DNA of 64,000 nt from a virus. Lineage: Duplodnaviria > Caudoviricetes. Shown one piece after another: positions 39,925-50,467 of the stretch; positions within the stretch are counted from its first letter, which is position 1; the number at the start of each line of letters is the position of its first letter. Both the position numbers and the translations under genes were made by a program. The stretch is from IMG/VR virus record IMGVR_UViG_3300025751_000015, positions 20,139 through 84,138 of that record, one strand, 5' to 3'. The notes beneath the pieces are model-generated. The model saw only the letters and a list, made by a program, of their open reading frames with translations, did not search any database and had not been told where the DNA came from.

Positions 39925-41889
39925 CTATTTACCGCTTATTTCTATGTCAGTGTAGGCACTAGATGAAAGACTCTTATCTCTACTTTCATGTCCAGACCAT
40001 GGTTCATGCATTGGTATACGTTTCATTATGCTAATCAATGGTGTGTCCGATGCATAGTAACCTTTTTTCCATTCCAGAGTATTATCAGTCTTTTCATTAG
40101 GAAATACTCCAAGTGCAGGAACGTTATACGGCATTTCAGCACCTGTGTCGAATGGAATTTTAGAATCAGGTGTAGGTATGCCTAATGCTGATATTGCAAT
40201 AGGATCAGAAGGTAATGCTCCTGGGCCTGGCAAGTTAAGATGTACCTGAAGTCCATCAATATGTACATTTTTCGTTGATGTTATATCAATTGTATCTGTA
40301 ACTGCGACAACTTGTACTTTACCCTTTAAAGTTGTCAACCTAATATCGTGCTTACTATTAACTTGAAACTTTGCTTCCAATGGTCCTACAATATTCGTAT
40401 CAATCCTAAAGTCAGCATGAGTGGTCTTTGGTACAACCGGAGGAACTATTTCCCAATACTCGCCTGCTTGCGGCGGTACCGGTGCGTTATTGCTAGAAGG
40501 GTATGTGGTTTGTGTTAATGCTTTAAAGAATTGTGTTGCAAAAACAACAGTGTTGCCTTTGTAGTATGTTCTCTGAGGATTATACGTTACCTTATTCCAA
40601 ATTTGATTTTCAGGCAAGTTGGTCTTAAATTCAATACCTGTACCTGCACTGTAACGTTGACCAAACTGTGAAACCAAATCAATTTCGCCCGTTCTAATTC
40701 TTGTGTTTAGTTTATTACTAATATCTAGGTTATCGGTGCTTAAAGAAAAGTCTGAAGCAGAAATTCTTGCATCGTCTGACTGTATGTCTAAAGGTCCTCT
40801 TGTTTCTATTCTACCATCAATTTTTCCAAGCAATCTTAATTCACTTGCTTCTAAATAAGTTCTTTCTGTTCCTTTTAGATTTAGATTACGGCCTGCTTCA
40901 AAATTAATATCTCTGTCTGCACGAAAATTAAAATCTGCTTCTGTATGAATGCTTACACTGTCTTTGGCATAAACATCAATCTTGCCGTCTGCTGTCATTT
41001 CTATCCAAGCACTGCCGGATTGATTTGCTATGTAAACTATTTCCTCAGTATCATGTAAAAGTATTTGAGCACCTTTGCTAGATCTAATTCTAACTAAATT
41101 ATTATTTCCAAGAAAATCACCGTCATCCATTGTAAATGTATGACCGCCTAAATTAGTAAGACGTGCTTCTCTTTTTTCTTTTTTGTAATTTATAGATACA
41201 TCAATTAAATCTTTCTTTTCAGCAAACTTTCCAGGAGTATTAAATCCAACAATTCCTGTTCTTTTGTCTCTTAACAGATTTGATGTTGTTTGTCCTCTAA
41301 CTGTATCAACCAACAGACCTTGTTTTTTTAATACTTCTGCAAAAGGATGAATTGCTCTTTTTAATTTAGTAGGTTCTGTTGAACCATCATTAGATGAATA
41401 ATGAATTTCTGATGCTGGTAAACCTACACCACTTGCGTACTCATCTAATTTACTTTTTTCGGCCGCTATATTAGAAGTTGTTGAAAAGTCTGGAATAGTG
41501 TGTCCTATTCCTGGAGGCATAATACCTCCTAGCCAAAACCCTTCTGTTGAGTTTTTGTTTGCAAGTGCTATTAATCCTTGTGTTCCTATTTCTGGTGTTG
41601 GTAGAATAAATCCCGATGATGTTTGTGAATCATCAAATTTTTTAGCATCAGAACCTACGTAGTTTCTATCCTTACTACTAATGTATGGATATAACTGCCT
41701 TACAGTAATAGGATCTGAATCAGTATATTGTTTTCCTAATAATTTTACTTTAAAAGAATCAATACCACCAATTTCTTTTACCTGGCCCATTACTAATACA
41801 TCAAATAATGTGTCATGCAACTCGTTGAAATGCTTAGGTGCAGTGACCTTTAATGTTTTAGAATGTTTTGCGAATATACCTTTTCCCAT
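39925..41889 (-). CDS. gp5: Baseplate central spike, gp5/VgrG-like (no lysozyme domain evident)
   Basis: N-terminal OB-like region (PTPEIGTQGLI...GFWLG), GGHTFTMDDG...VRIRSSKGAQILLHD...GSAWIEMTADGKIDVY beta-helix repeats. Confidence 0.7.
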   Translation of the reverse strand: MGKGIFAKHSKTLKVTAPKHFNELHDTLFDVLVMGQVKEIGGIDSFKVKLLGKQYTDSDPITVRQLYPYISSKDRNYVGSDAKKFDDSQTSSGFILPTPEIGTQGLIALANKNSTEGFWLGGIMPPGIGHTIPDFSTTSNIAAEKSKLDEYASGVGLPASEIHYSSNDGSTEPTKLKRAIHPFAEVLKKQGLLVDTVRGQTTSNLLRDKRTGIVGFNTPGKFAEKKDLIDVSINYKKEKREARLTNLGGHTFTMDDGDFLGNNNLVRIRSSKGAQILLHDTEEIVYIANQSGSAWIEMTADGKIDVYAKDSVSIHTEADFNFRADRDINFEAGRNLNLKGTERTYLEASELRLLGKIDGRIETRGPLDIQSDDARISASDFSLSTDNLDISNKLNTRIRTGEIDLVSQFGQRYSAGTGIEFKTNLPENQIWNKVTYNPQRTYYKGNTVVFATQFFKALTQTTYPSSNNAPVPPQAGEYWEIVPPVVPKTTHADFRIDTNIVGPLEAKFQVNSKHDIRLTTLKGKVQVVAVTDTIDITSTKNVHIDGLQVHLNLPGPGALPSDPIAISALGIPTPDSKIPFDTGAEMPYNVPALGVFPNEKTDNTLEWKKGYYASDTPLISIMKRIPMHEPWSGHESRDKSLSSSAYTDIEISGK

Positions 41890-42584
41890 TATGTTATAAT
41901 TCCTTGTGTACTATCTGTAACATTTTTTACTTTTTGTAAACTAGATTGTACAGGTTGTGTAACTTTGTTGACAGCAGTGCTAACAACATTATCAACAGGT
42001 ACTCCGCCCAATGATGCTATTTCAGTAACACTACTTACTGCTTCTGTTACTCCCTCGGGCACAAATTGACTTGCCGCAGATGTTACTTTAGATAATGCAT
42101 CTGCTGGATTTAAACTTGCAACATCACCTAACTTACTTAATACGCTAGATCCTTCTTTTTTCTCTTTTGATATATCAGTTGTTCCGTCACCTCTTGGATC
42201 TGGTTTTTCTGCAAATTTTCCTAATAAAGATGCTATTCCTTCTGGACTGCTTGGAATGCTAAATCCAGTTGCCGCTTGTACTGCACTTAAAGCAAAACCA
42301 ACAGGATCGCTTGCCGCTTGTTGTGCTGTAGCGATTGCACTTTTTACTTTCTGTACATTTGCTTTTGCTGTTGCAACCGCATCGGCTCCTTTGGCCGCGG
42401 CCTGACTTCCTGAAATAACTCCCGAGCCAACAGCAGTTGTTCCTGTTCCTTGTGCCGCACTAATTAAACTAGTTTTGGAAGAAGCATTGGATGGCACAGT
42501 TACTATGGTAGGTTTCTTGTGTATATTTGTTTGTGCTTGATCTGCTGGTTCTGTTTTTTTATTTTCTGCACTTGTTGGAAACAT
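41889..42584 (-). CDS. Hypothetical low-complexity (Ala/Ser/Thr) virion protein
   Basis: 231-aa ORF with AGGAG SD in the baseplate operon. Confidence 0.6.
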   Translation of the reverse strand: MFPTSAENKKTEPADQAQTNIHKKPTIVTVPSNASSKTSLISAAQGTGTTAVGSGVISGSQAAAKGADAVATAKANVQKVKSAIATAQQAASDPVGFALSAVQAATGFSIPSSPEGIASLLGKFAEKPDPRGDGTTDISKEKKEGSSVLSKLGDVASLNPADALSKVTSAASQFVPEGVTEAVSSVTEIASLGGVPVDNVVSTAVNKVTQPVQSSLQKVKNVTDSTQGIIT

Positions 42585-42597
42585 TTTGCTTCTCCTA

Positions 42598-45273
42598 TTA
42601 TCTTCCTCTGTTTGACCACTCGTTATTTGCTTTATAATCCTTATTGTCTGAACCGTCTGTTTTTAAGAAGGTCCTACGACCCGGATTCTCATAATCTTTT
42701 TCTTGATTTGGTCTTCTTAAACCATGTATTGTTTGTGTAAATGTTCCTTCTTCAAACATATTTTCAATTTTTACAACTTGATAAAGACCGCTTAGGCCTC
42801 CTTCTTTAATTCGTTGTTGTACGTCAACCCCCTGTTCAAGTTCTGAAGCAGTAGGAATATCGTCAGGGTACCTTAGACTAAAAACTATATCAGGCTCTCT
42901 GGTAAATGTATTCATTTCTCCCGTATCTTCAACTATAGGATCGGTTGAATTTAATTTTGGTCTTTCAGTTATTCCGCTTCCTATTATGTAAACAGGGTCG
43001 CCTATTATAGTAATCTCTGCTCTAATTAATGCTTGCTCTGCTGGTGGATTATAAAGAAAATCCTGCAGGGTTTGAGCAATTTGTGCCCTGTTAGTAACCT
43101 GTGTTCTTCTATATTGACTTTTTTCAATCATCTGTGACGGCAAGCCACCCGAAGCGCCTAAATAATTTGAAACACCATTCTGTAGGTTGTTGATTGCATC
43201 TTGGTACATAGTTTTAGGCATAAAAGCATTATTTGTTTTTACTGCATTTTCCGTTGATGAACTTGCTTCTTCTTCCGGCGGAACTAGTAACATCGGTGTA
43301 AAGAACAAATTGTTGTATCTAACATCAAATCTTAAAACATCTAAATTTTTTCCTGTGTAGGTATAGTTGTATTCTCTTACTGCTCTTTCTCTTAATTTTC
43401 TTGTTGAAAAAATAATTTGAAGTCCAGGAAATTTACTATAATGTATATCATAAGGGGAAACAATAAAATGATATTCATAAGCAAAATCCATTTTTACAAC
43501 ATCAAATGCTATTATTCTCGGTACGATATCAATTTTATACCAAGGTATATATTCGCTCTGTGCTATTTCATTTACTTTGCCTGCATCTGTAAACAATTTC
43601 ATATAGGATGAATTTGCTATTAGAAGATGGATTGCGTTTGATAAGTTAAATCCTTTTTTGAAACTCCATGGACTTGCCTTTTCACCAAACAGTGTATATG
43701 GTGTGGCTTTAAGTGTTCCAACCGTTTTGCTACTAGCCTCAATGGCTTCTTGTGCTTTTTTAATCTCTCCTGCTTGTTTTTTAATTTCTCCATCTAATTC
43801 TGTAATTTTAGCCATCAATGTTGCAACAGTTGGGGTATCCTTTGTGGTCGGAGTAGTATTTGCAGGTGGTTGATCATCCTTAACGTATTGCACCGTTGGC
43901 GGAGTTAAAGCAACAGATGTTGCAATTTTTTCTAGTTCTTGTGTTTGCTTGGTCGTTTCTTCTATTAGAAATTTTGGTGCCGACGTTGCTTTAATATCAG
44001 GAGAACTTGATTTCTTTTCTTCTGGAATTGTAATATATAATTTTGCTGTTGCTACTAACGATTTTTTTGTAGCCTTGTACGCATTTATTGTACCAGTAAG
44101 AACACCTTGTGCGGTTTTAATTTTGTCTTGCTCCGCTTTTATTTTGTCTGTTTCGTCATCAACTGATTTATCAAAATCTTTAATTTTTAGACCTGGTGTT
44201 GGTATAAAACCCGAGTCTGTGTCAAAGTTTGCTTCTGCAAATTTGTTAGTAAAAGGAGCACTGCTACTTCCGGGAGTAGATTTTTCTGTGTCAATTATAA
44301 ATTCTGCTTTTGTCTTCCAATCTTTGTAAGTCATCTTGGTGCCCGGACCCACCGTTGGAGGGAACGATGAATAATCTTGTGCAAACCAAATACACCATTT
44401 TTCAGGAACAAAAGCATCAATTGGTACTTCTGACCCCTTGCCTGATTGCCCTCTTATTTCTCTTGCTTTATCAATTCTCTCTGCCACAAAGGCTGACGCA
44501 TTTTTACCTTTGGCTTGTTCAGATTCCTGAGTTTTTGTTATCATCTTTTCATATTTTTCATTTTGTTGATAAAACAAATGAGTCAAAACACTTTCTACTG
44601 TTTCAGTCTCTCTCGTTCTTCCTTCGACATCATCCCATAGTGTTTGATTTATATTTGATCCTCCCATCGCATTGTATGCTACAAATTCTGCATTATATTC
44701 TGCACCTGCTTCCGTAACAGTCATGTCACTTTTTGTAAACATTATAGGAATATGTCTAGTTGTCTTTTCAGGAATAACAGCATCTCCGTCAACAGTTCTA
44801 CCTACAAATGTTACCACTAATAAAAACGGTGCTCTAATATAATTCTCGTGTTTTGCAAATTTTGCGGCGGCAAATAATTCTTCATACAGTCCAGCAACAC
44901 CAAACGGTTCAACAAAAGTCATTGTTCCTCTGGTTAGGTTACTGTTACCCATGCTGTTTATTCCACACACTGTTTCAAAACGAACAGTTTGTATGAAAAT
45001 ATCTTTATCTCGAGACCCACCTGATTGTTTGTATCCTCCGGTACTGTTATCTCTACCATATCCGCCGGATCTAGCAACAACATAAAATCCTGGATTTTCT
45101 TTTCCATTGGTAAAAATTTGATTTTTATAACTGTCGGGATTTTCGAGTTGATTCGCAGATAATGCTACTAGTGCAAAATTATAGTTGTAAAGATTATAAT
45201 CGTGAAGTACGTTATGGCGACCTTTTACACCAGGATAAAATCTGGTCCAATCCCATGATTCAGTGTTTGCCAT
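42598..45273 (-). CDS. Baseplate hub protein, gp27-like, with a coiled-coil insertion
   Basis: Sits between gp53-like and gp5-like genes; NVLHDY..YNY.F.L, FVEPFG and EITIIGDP...GLYQVVKIENMF..G.FTQ. Confidence 0.55.
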   Translation of the reverse strand: MANTESWDWTRFYPGVKGRHNVLHDYNLYNYNFALVALSANQLENPDSYKNQIFTNGKENPGFYVVARSGGYGRDNSTGGYKQSGGSRDKDIFIQTVRFETVCGINSMGNSNLTRGTMTFVEPFGVAGLYEELFAAAKFAKHENYIRAPFLLVVTFVGRTVDGDAVIPEKTTRHIPIMFTKSDMTVTEAGAEYNAEFVAYNAMGGSNINQTLWDDVEGRTRETETVESVLTHLFYQQNEKYEKMITKTQESEQAKGKNASAFVAERIDKAREIRGQSGKGSEVPIDAFVPEKWCIWFAQDYSSFPPTVGPGTKMTYKDWKTKAEFIIDTEKSTPGSSSAPFTNKFAEANFDTDSGFIPTPGLKIKDFDKSVDDETDKIKAEQDKIKTAQGVLTGTINAYKATKKSLVATAKLYITIPEEKKSSSPDIKATSAPKFLIEETTKQTQELEKIATSVALTPPTVQYVKDDQPPANTTPTTKDTPTVATLMAKITELDGEIKKQAGEIKKAQEAIEASSKTVGTLKATPYTLFGEKASPWSFKKGFNLSNAIHLLIANSSYMKLFTDAGKVNEIAQSEYIPWYKIDIVPRIIAFDVVKMDFAYEYHFIVSPYDIHYSKFPGLQIIFSTRKLRERAVREYNYTYTGKNLDVLRFDVRYNNLFFTPMLLVPPEEEASSSTENAVKTNNAFMPKTMYQDAINNLQNGVSNYLGASGGLPSQMIEKSQYRRTQVTNRAQIAQTLQDFLYNPPAEQALIRAEITIIGDPVYIIGSGITERPKLNSTDPIVEDTGEMNTFTREPDIVFSLRYPDDIPTASELEQGVDVQQRIKEGGLSGLYQVVKIENMFEEGTFTQTIHGLRRPNQEKDYENPGRRTFLKTDGSDNKDYKANNEWSNRGR

Positions 45274-45274
45274 A

Positions 45275-45577
45275 TTATGCTCCTCCGATGACGGCTCTTA
45301 TTGTATCTTCTGTGGGGATATAAATGTTAACTCCTGAAACAAAATCAAAAATAGGATCTTCTAGCACACTTGGATTTCTTGATTTAAAAACCCACCATAA
45401 ATTAGGATCATCATATAAATCACTTGCTAGTAAATCAGGTCTATAATTATATTGTGGTCTTATTTCATATAATACGTCATCAGTAAGTTCAGGAATCTTT
45501 CTGTAATTTAAAATATCTAATTGTTGATTCTCCTGCAATGTTGACCCATATAAACTTGTTTTTGAATATATTGACAT
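45275..45577 (-). CDS. gp53: Baseplate wedge subunit, gp53/LysM-like
   Basis: YNYRPDLLASDLYDDPNLWWVF...N...DPIFDF..G..IYIP. Confidence 0.8.
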   Translation of the reverse strand: MSIYSKTSLYGSTLQENQQLDILNYRKIPELTDDVLYEIRPQYNYRPDLLASDLYDDPNLWWVFKSRNPSVLEDPIFDFVSGVNIYIPTEDTIRAVIGGA

Positions 45578-46422
45578 TAGATCATTCCTTTAGATTCTGT
45601 TTCAGAACCTGTTATAAATTTTTCAATAGTAAACTGAGCCTGATCTCTTCTTGAAAATGCTGGTAAGCATTCAATAGTAAATTCTGCTCTTGTTGGTACA
45701 TTTGTTGCTTTTCCGCTTGCTTCGTCTGTAATTTGTATGTAATCAACGTCTTCATTTAGAGTGTAAAAGAAACTACTGATTACCACAGGCATGTTATTAA
45801 ATTGGTATGCACCATAACCGTCTAGTCTACACACAGGGGGTGGTGCACCTGAATTACCACTTGACCCAAAACTCATTTTAGTAACAGATCTCAATGCATG
45901 AATTGCACCAAGCATATATCTACCATCGGCTAAACTTTGTGCTGAAAATGTTCCAACAATTGATATTGCCTCCAGTTGTGAGTTCTGATATGAATAAAAT
46001 GTATAATTACTATGCACAGGGTTTAATCCATTATAATTTGCCCTTGTTTGTACAACTATTTGTGGAGTAAAGGGGAAAACAACTGCATTATCTTCTACAT
46101 CTGCTAGATGCCTTGCAGGACCCTGTAAATAATTTCTGGGAATTCTTATTTTGATACGAGGATCACGTTCATATGCTTTTCCACCTTCTTGCCAAAACTG
46201 TTTCAATGGTTCTTCTTTAGCAGGTTCTTTTCCACCTTTGCCTAGTTTTTCGCCAAGCCTTTCAAATGCTCCGCCTAACCCGGTTGCATTTTTTAAATTT
46301 TTTACAAGATTGGTACCAAAACCATTAAGACCCGAAGACGTGCTGGTATCCTTGGCTCCTTGCTTTGCGGCATCTTTTGAACGGTTGGAATTTGTTTTCC
46401 ACCAATCATCTTTATCTGGCAT
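45577..46422 (-). CDS. Tail tube initiator, gp48/gp54-like
   Basis: VVFPFTPQI...ANY...PVHSNY..Y.YQNS and PPPVCRLDGYG..QFNNMPVVI.SF.Y. Confidence 0.6.
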   Translation of the reverse strand: MPDKDDWWKTNSNRSKDAAKQGAKDTSTSSGLNGFGTNLVKNLKNATGLGGAFERLGEKLGKGGKEPAKEEPLKQFWQEGGKAYERDPRIKIRIPRNYLQGPARHLADVEDNAVVFPFTPQIVVQTRANYNGLNPVHSNYTFYSYQNSQLEAISIVGTFSAQSLADGRYMLGAIHALRSVTKMSFGSSGNSGAPPPVCRLDGYGAYQFNNMPVVISSFFYTLNEDVDYIQITDEASGKATNVPTRAEFTIECLPAFSRRDQAQFTIEKFITGSETESKGMI

Positions 46423-46454
46423 ATTATTTTGGCTCCTTTTGGTAACAATATTTA

Positions 46455-46483
46455 TTGCAATTTTTAACTACGTAGTTTATAAT
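46455..46483 (+). promoter_or_regulatory. Sigma70-type promoter for the late sigma gene, back-to-back with a minus-strand TAAATA box (46449-46454)
   Basis: TTGCAA, 17-nt spacer, TATAAT; the spacer holds the palindrome AACTACGTAGTT. Confidence 0.7.
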
Positions 46484-46494
46484 ACTACTTATAC

Positions 46495-47361
46495 ATGGAG
46501 ACTCTCATGAGAAAAGTAAAATATTTGAATAACAGAGATCTGCTTAAACAGATCCATAAAAGTAAGAACAGTTTTAGTTCGTATGCTGACGACGAGTATG
46601 CGACATATGATATCATTTTAGCAAATTTAGACAAAGTTAACAGACTAACAGTAGCAGAAGCAAAGCGTAATCGTGCAGAACGTATCGGTAAACAAGCATA
46701 CGAGCAAGCACGTGAATCAGGCGATAAAAAGACAAAACTAGCGGATGTTACACCGGATTGGCGTAAAATTGACAAAACTGATTTGATTTTTAGAATCATG
46801 ACGTTTGATCATATTCCACTAGCACCTGGGCGTAAACGCAAAACCAAAACAGTAGCAGATGAACATGAACGTTGCAACTTTCCTCCTTTTCAACATTGGA
46901 AGTATGATGCAAAGGACAACTTAATTTGTGTTGGTAAGAGCCACTGGAAAGGTGGAGTACACAACGGCTATTTTAGCAAGGATCACGGTCGTATTTCGGA
47001 AGAACTAGGACGCATGTTCTTAAAACTTGCTGATCGTTATGGAACAAGAAGCAACTGGCGTGGATACACATACAACGACGAAATGCGAGCACAGGCTGTG
47101 CTACAACTGTCGCAAATTGGTTTACAGTTTGACGAAAGCAAAAGTGAAAACCCGTTTGCGTATTACACGGCGGCTGTTACAAACTCGTTTACACGGGTAC
47201 TAAACATAGAAAAGAAAAATCAAAATATTAGAGACGACATTCTACAAGAAAATGGTCTTAATCCTTCTTTCACAAGACAGAATCAAGAAGTGTTTAGAGA
47301 GGATAAAGAAAAATTGGCAGAATTTTACAAGAGTATTAGACGTCCAAAAGCAGATTATTAG
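46495..47361 (+). CDS. gp55: Late-transcription sigma factor, T4 gp55-like
   Basis: YLNNRDLL.QI, NWRGYTYNDEM...A.LQ....GLQFDESKSENPFAYYT..V.NSF.RVLN.EK; immediately upstream of gp47/gp46 as in T4. Confidence 0.8.
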   Translation: METLMRKVKYLNNRDLLKQIHKSKNSFSSYADDEYATYDIILANLDKVNRLTVAEAKRNRAERIGKQAYEQARESGDKKTKLADVTPDWRKIDKTDLIFRIMTFDHIPLAPGRKRKTKTVADEHERCNFPPFQHWKYDAKDNLICVGKSHWKGGVHNGYFSKDHGRISEELGRMFLKLADRYGTRSNWRGYTYNDEMRAQAVLQLSQIGLQFDESKSENPFAYYTAAVTNSFTRVLNIEKKNQNIRDDILQENGLNPSFTRQNQEVFREDKEKLAEFYKSIRRPKADY

Positions 47362-47362
47362 G

Positions 47363-47392
47363 TTGACAAACTAAACTAAAATCTCGTATAAT
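47363..47392 (+). promoter_or_regulatory. Sigma70-type promoter for gp47/gp46
   Basis: TTGACA, 18-nt spacer, TATAAT. Confidence 0.75.
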
Positions 47393-47416
47393 ATAGAGAT
47401 TAGTATAAGGAAAGGC

Positions 47417-48439
47417 ATGGCACAATTATTTAAAAAGGCCGCGGTATTCACGGATATACACTTCGGTCTCAAAAGTAACTCAAAAATTCACAACGATGAT
47501 TGCGAAAGATTCATCGATTGGTATATTGAACAAGCAAAAGCAAACGGCTGTGATGTAGGTATATTCACAGGCGACTGGCATCATAACAGAAGTGCGTTAA
47601 ATTTAACCACCATGGATGCTAGTTTGCGTTCACTGGAAAAACTAGGTAAGGCATTTGATAAGTTTTACTTTTTTCCAGGCAACCACGATTTGTATTACAA
47701 AGACAAACGAGAGATTCACAGTGTAGTATTTGGTAAACACGTACCAGGTATTACTGTGGTAAACGAGCCAATGATCATTGATGATGTTGCATTGGTTCCA
47801 TGGTTAGTGCAAGAAGAATGGAAAGAAGTTGCAAAGATGAAGTGCAAATATATGTTTGGACACTTTGAACTTCCTAACTTCAAAATGAATGCTATGGTTG
47901 AAATGCCTGATACAGGAGAAATCAAAGCAGACGACTTTGCTAACCAAGAAATGGTGTTCACGGGCCACTTCCACAAACGTCAGCAACGCAAAAACATCTA
48001 TTATATCGGCAATGCCTTTCCACACAATTACGCCGATGCCTGGGATGATGAGCGTGGTATGATGATATTAGAATGGGGAGGTGAGCCCGAGTTCATCGAC
48101 TGGCCGGATTGTCCAAAATATAGAACTATACCACTTAGCAGATTACTAGATAAAACGGAAGAAATACTTTCTCCTAAAAATCTGTATTTGCGAGTAACAC
48201 TCGATATTGATATCAGTTACGAAGAAGCAAATTTTATTAAAGAAAACTTTTCAAGTCAATATGATATTAGAGAAATTAGTTTATTGCCTGACACCAATGC
48301 TGATGACGAAATAAACAAACTAGAATCAGGCGAAATTGATTTTGAATCAGTGGATCAAATTGTAACAGATCAAATAACAAAAATAGATAGCACAACATAT
48401 AAACCTAATCTGTTGTTGGATATCTATAGAGGATTATAA
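47417..48439 (+). CDS. gp47: Recombination nuclease subunit, gp47/Mre11/SbcD-like
   Basis: DIHFG, GDWHH, GNHD, GHFE and GHFH metallophosphoesterase motifs. Confidence 0.92.
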   Translation: MAQLFKKAAVFTDIHFGLKSNSKIHNDDCERFIDWYIEQAKANGCDVGIFTGDWHHNRSALNLTTMDASLRSLEKLGKAFDKFYFFPGNHDLYYKDKREIHSVVFGKHVPGITVVNEPMIIDDVALVPWLVQEEWKEVAKMKCKYMFGHFELPNFKMNAMVEMPDTGEIKADDFANQEMVFTGHFHKRQQRKNIYYIGNAFPHNYADAWDDERGMMILEWGGEPEFIDWPDCPKYRTIPLSRLLDKTEEILSPKNLYLRVTLDIDISYEEANFIKENFSSQYDIREISLLPDTNADDEINKLESGEIDFESVDQIVTDQITKIDSTTYKPNLLLDIYRGL

Positions 48440-50220
48440 TGTTTAAAATCAAAACAATAACAGTTAAAAACTTTATGAGTGTGGGTAACCAAACTCAAGC
48501 AGTAGATTTTGATAAGAACTTATTAACACTTGTACTAGGAGAAAACCTAGATTTAGGTGGAGACGATGCAGGTTCTCGTAACGGTACGGGTAAAACTACC
48601 ATTGTAAATGCTTTAAGTTATGCATTGTATGGCGAAGCACTTACAAAAATTCGTAGAGAAAACTTAATTAATAAAACCAACGGCAAAGGTATGTTGGTTA
48701 CCGTTGAGTTTGAAAAAGACGGTCAAAATTATCGTATTGAACGTGGACGTAAGCCAAATATTCTTAAATTTTTTAGAGAAGATATCGATGTTACTGCTGA
48801 CGACATTGACGAGTCACAGGGCGACAGTCGTAAAACACAAGAAGATATTATACAATTACTGAACATGACACACACCATGTTCAAGCATTTGGTGGCGCTC
48901 AACACATACACTGAGCCTTTCCTTTCACTCAAAGCCAATGATCAAAGAGAAATTATTGAGCAGTTGTTGGGCATCACCATCCTATCCGAAAAAGCAGAAC
49001 GTCTAAAAGATGAACAAAAGCGTGTGCGTGATGCTATTAGTGAAGAAGAAGCAACAATAAAAGGTATTGAAACAGCAAACAAAAAAGTACAAGAATCAAT
49101 CGACAATTTAGAAATTAAATCAAAAGCATGGGACGCAAATCAAGCAGAAGAACTTGCAAGAACAACCAAAGCAATTAGTCAATTAATTACGGTTGATATT
49201 GATGCAGAAATTCAAGCACATAAAAACAAAGAAGAATGGGATAACAAAAACAACGAACTTACCAATCTTAATAAAGAAAAGGCAAGTTTAGAAAGTAGTT
49301 TGTTACGTGCCGAACGCACACATTCAAAATATGAACAAGAATTAAAAGACATTGCAAGCAAAAAATGTTTTACTTGTGGACAGGATTTACATGACGAAGC
49401 ACATGGAAAAATTCTTGCTGAAAAACAAAATGATGTAACAGAAAGTCAAACTTATATTGACGGCATCGTGTTGCAGTTAAAAGATGTACAAAAGAAAATA
49501 GATGACATTGGAAATATTAACGGATGTCCGAAAACATTTTATGATAGCAGTGAAGAAGCATATAATCATAGAAACAATCTTGCAAGTCTAGAAGATCGAA
49601 AACGTGAAAAAGAAGAAGAATTAAATCCGTATACAGAACAAATGAAAGAATTGCGTGAACAAGCACTACAAGAAGTAAGTTGGGACAATATTAATGCTCT
49701 AACTGAAATGAAGGAACATATGGACTTCTTGTACAAACTGTTAACAAGCAAGGACTCTTTTATTCGTAAGCGTATTATTGATCAAAACTTGGCATTCCTT
49801 AACAAGCGTTTACAATACTATCTAGAACGCACAGGATTACCGCATCAGGTATTATTTTTGAACGATTTAACGGTACAAATTACAGAACTAGGACGTGACT
49901 TAGACTTTGATAACCTCAGTAGAGGAGAACGAAATAGACTTATTTTATCAATGAGTTGGGCGTTCCGTGACGTTTGGGAAAGTCTATATCAGAACATTAA
50001 TTTGTTGTTTATTGACGAACTTATTGATAACGGATTGGATGCCGCTGGTGTAGAAAGTTCAATCGGTATTCTTAAAAAGATGGCTAGAGATCGTGGTAAA
50101 AACATATATCTCATTTCGCACAAAGATGAACTATCTTCACGTGTGAATAACATCTTGAAGGTAATTAAGGATAACGGATTCACTTCATATTCCAACGACA
50201 CGGAGGTTGTGAATGCCTAA
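48439..50220 (+). CDS. gp46: Recombination ATPase subunit, gp46/Rad50/SbcC-like
   Basis: KNFMS, NGTGKT (Walker A), coiled coil with CFTC zinc hook, LSRGE signature, LFIDE (Walker B) and ISH. Confidence 0.93.
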   Translation: MFKIKTITVKNFMSVGNQTQAVDFDKNLLTLVLGENLDLGGDDAGSRNGTGKTTIVNALSYALYGEALTKIRRENLINKTNGKGMLVTVEFEKDGQNYRIERGRKPNILKFFREDIDVTADDIDESQGDSRKTQEDIIQLLNMTHTMFKHLVALNTYTEPFLSLKANDQREIIEQLLGITILSEKAERLKDEQKRVRDAISEEEATIKGIETANKKVQESIDNLEIKSKAWDANQAEELARTTKAISQLITVDIDAEIQAHKNKEEWDNKNNELTNLNKEKASLESSLLRAERTHSKYEQELKDIASKKCFTCGQDLHDEAHGKILAEKQNDVTESQTYIDGIVLQLKDVQKKIDDIGNINGCPKTFYDSSEEAYNHRNNLASLEDRKREKEEELNPYTEQMKELREQALQEVSWDNINALTEMKEHMDFLYKLLTSKDSFIRKRIIDQNLAFLNKRLQYYLERTGLPHQVLFLNDLTVQITELGRDLDFDNLSRGERNRLILSMSWAFRDVWESLYQNINLLFIDELIDNGLDAAGVESSIGILKKMARDRGKNIYLISHKDELSSRVNNILKVIKDNGFTSYSNDTEVVNA

Positions 50221-50443
50221 ATCTACCCATGAGTTGCTTGTTCAAGCAATGATGGATTACTATAACGCACAGGAACGCTTTGAAGCAAAAGGTTTTGATG
50301 AAACTGGACGCAAAGCACGAGTTATTCTTAGTGATATTAGAAGGTTAGCCACGACCAGACGCAACGAAATACAGGCAAAACGCAAGGCATTAAAAACGGA
50401 AAAAAAGCAAAATAAGACTCAAAACCAGAATCAAGACACCTAA
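50213..50443 (+). CDS. Small basic helical protein, possibly Hc1/histone-H1-like DNA-binding protein
   Basis: KG....GRKARVILSDIRRLATTRRNEIQ resembles the Hc1-like KG.KAAG.RARK pattern (recalled, unverified). Confidence 0.45.
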   Translation: MPKSTHELLVQAMMDYYNAQERFEAKGFDETGRKARVILSDIRRLATTRRNEIQAKRKALKTEKKQNKTQNQNQDT

Positions 50444-50467
50444 ATTTAAGGCACGGTAAGTATCACT

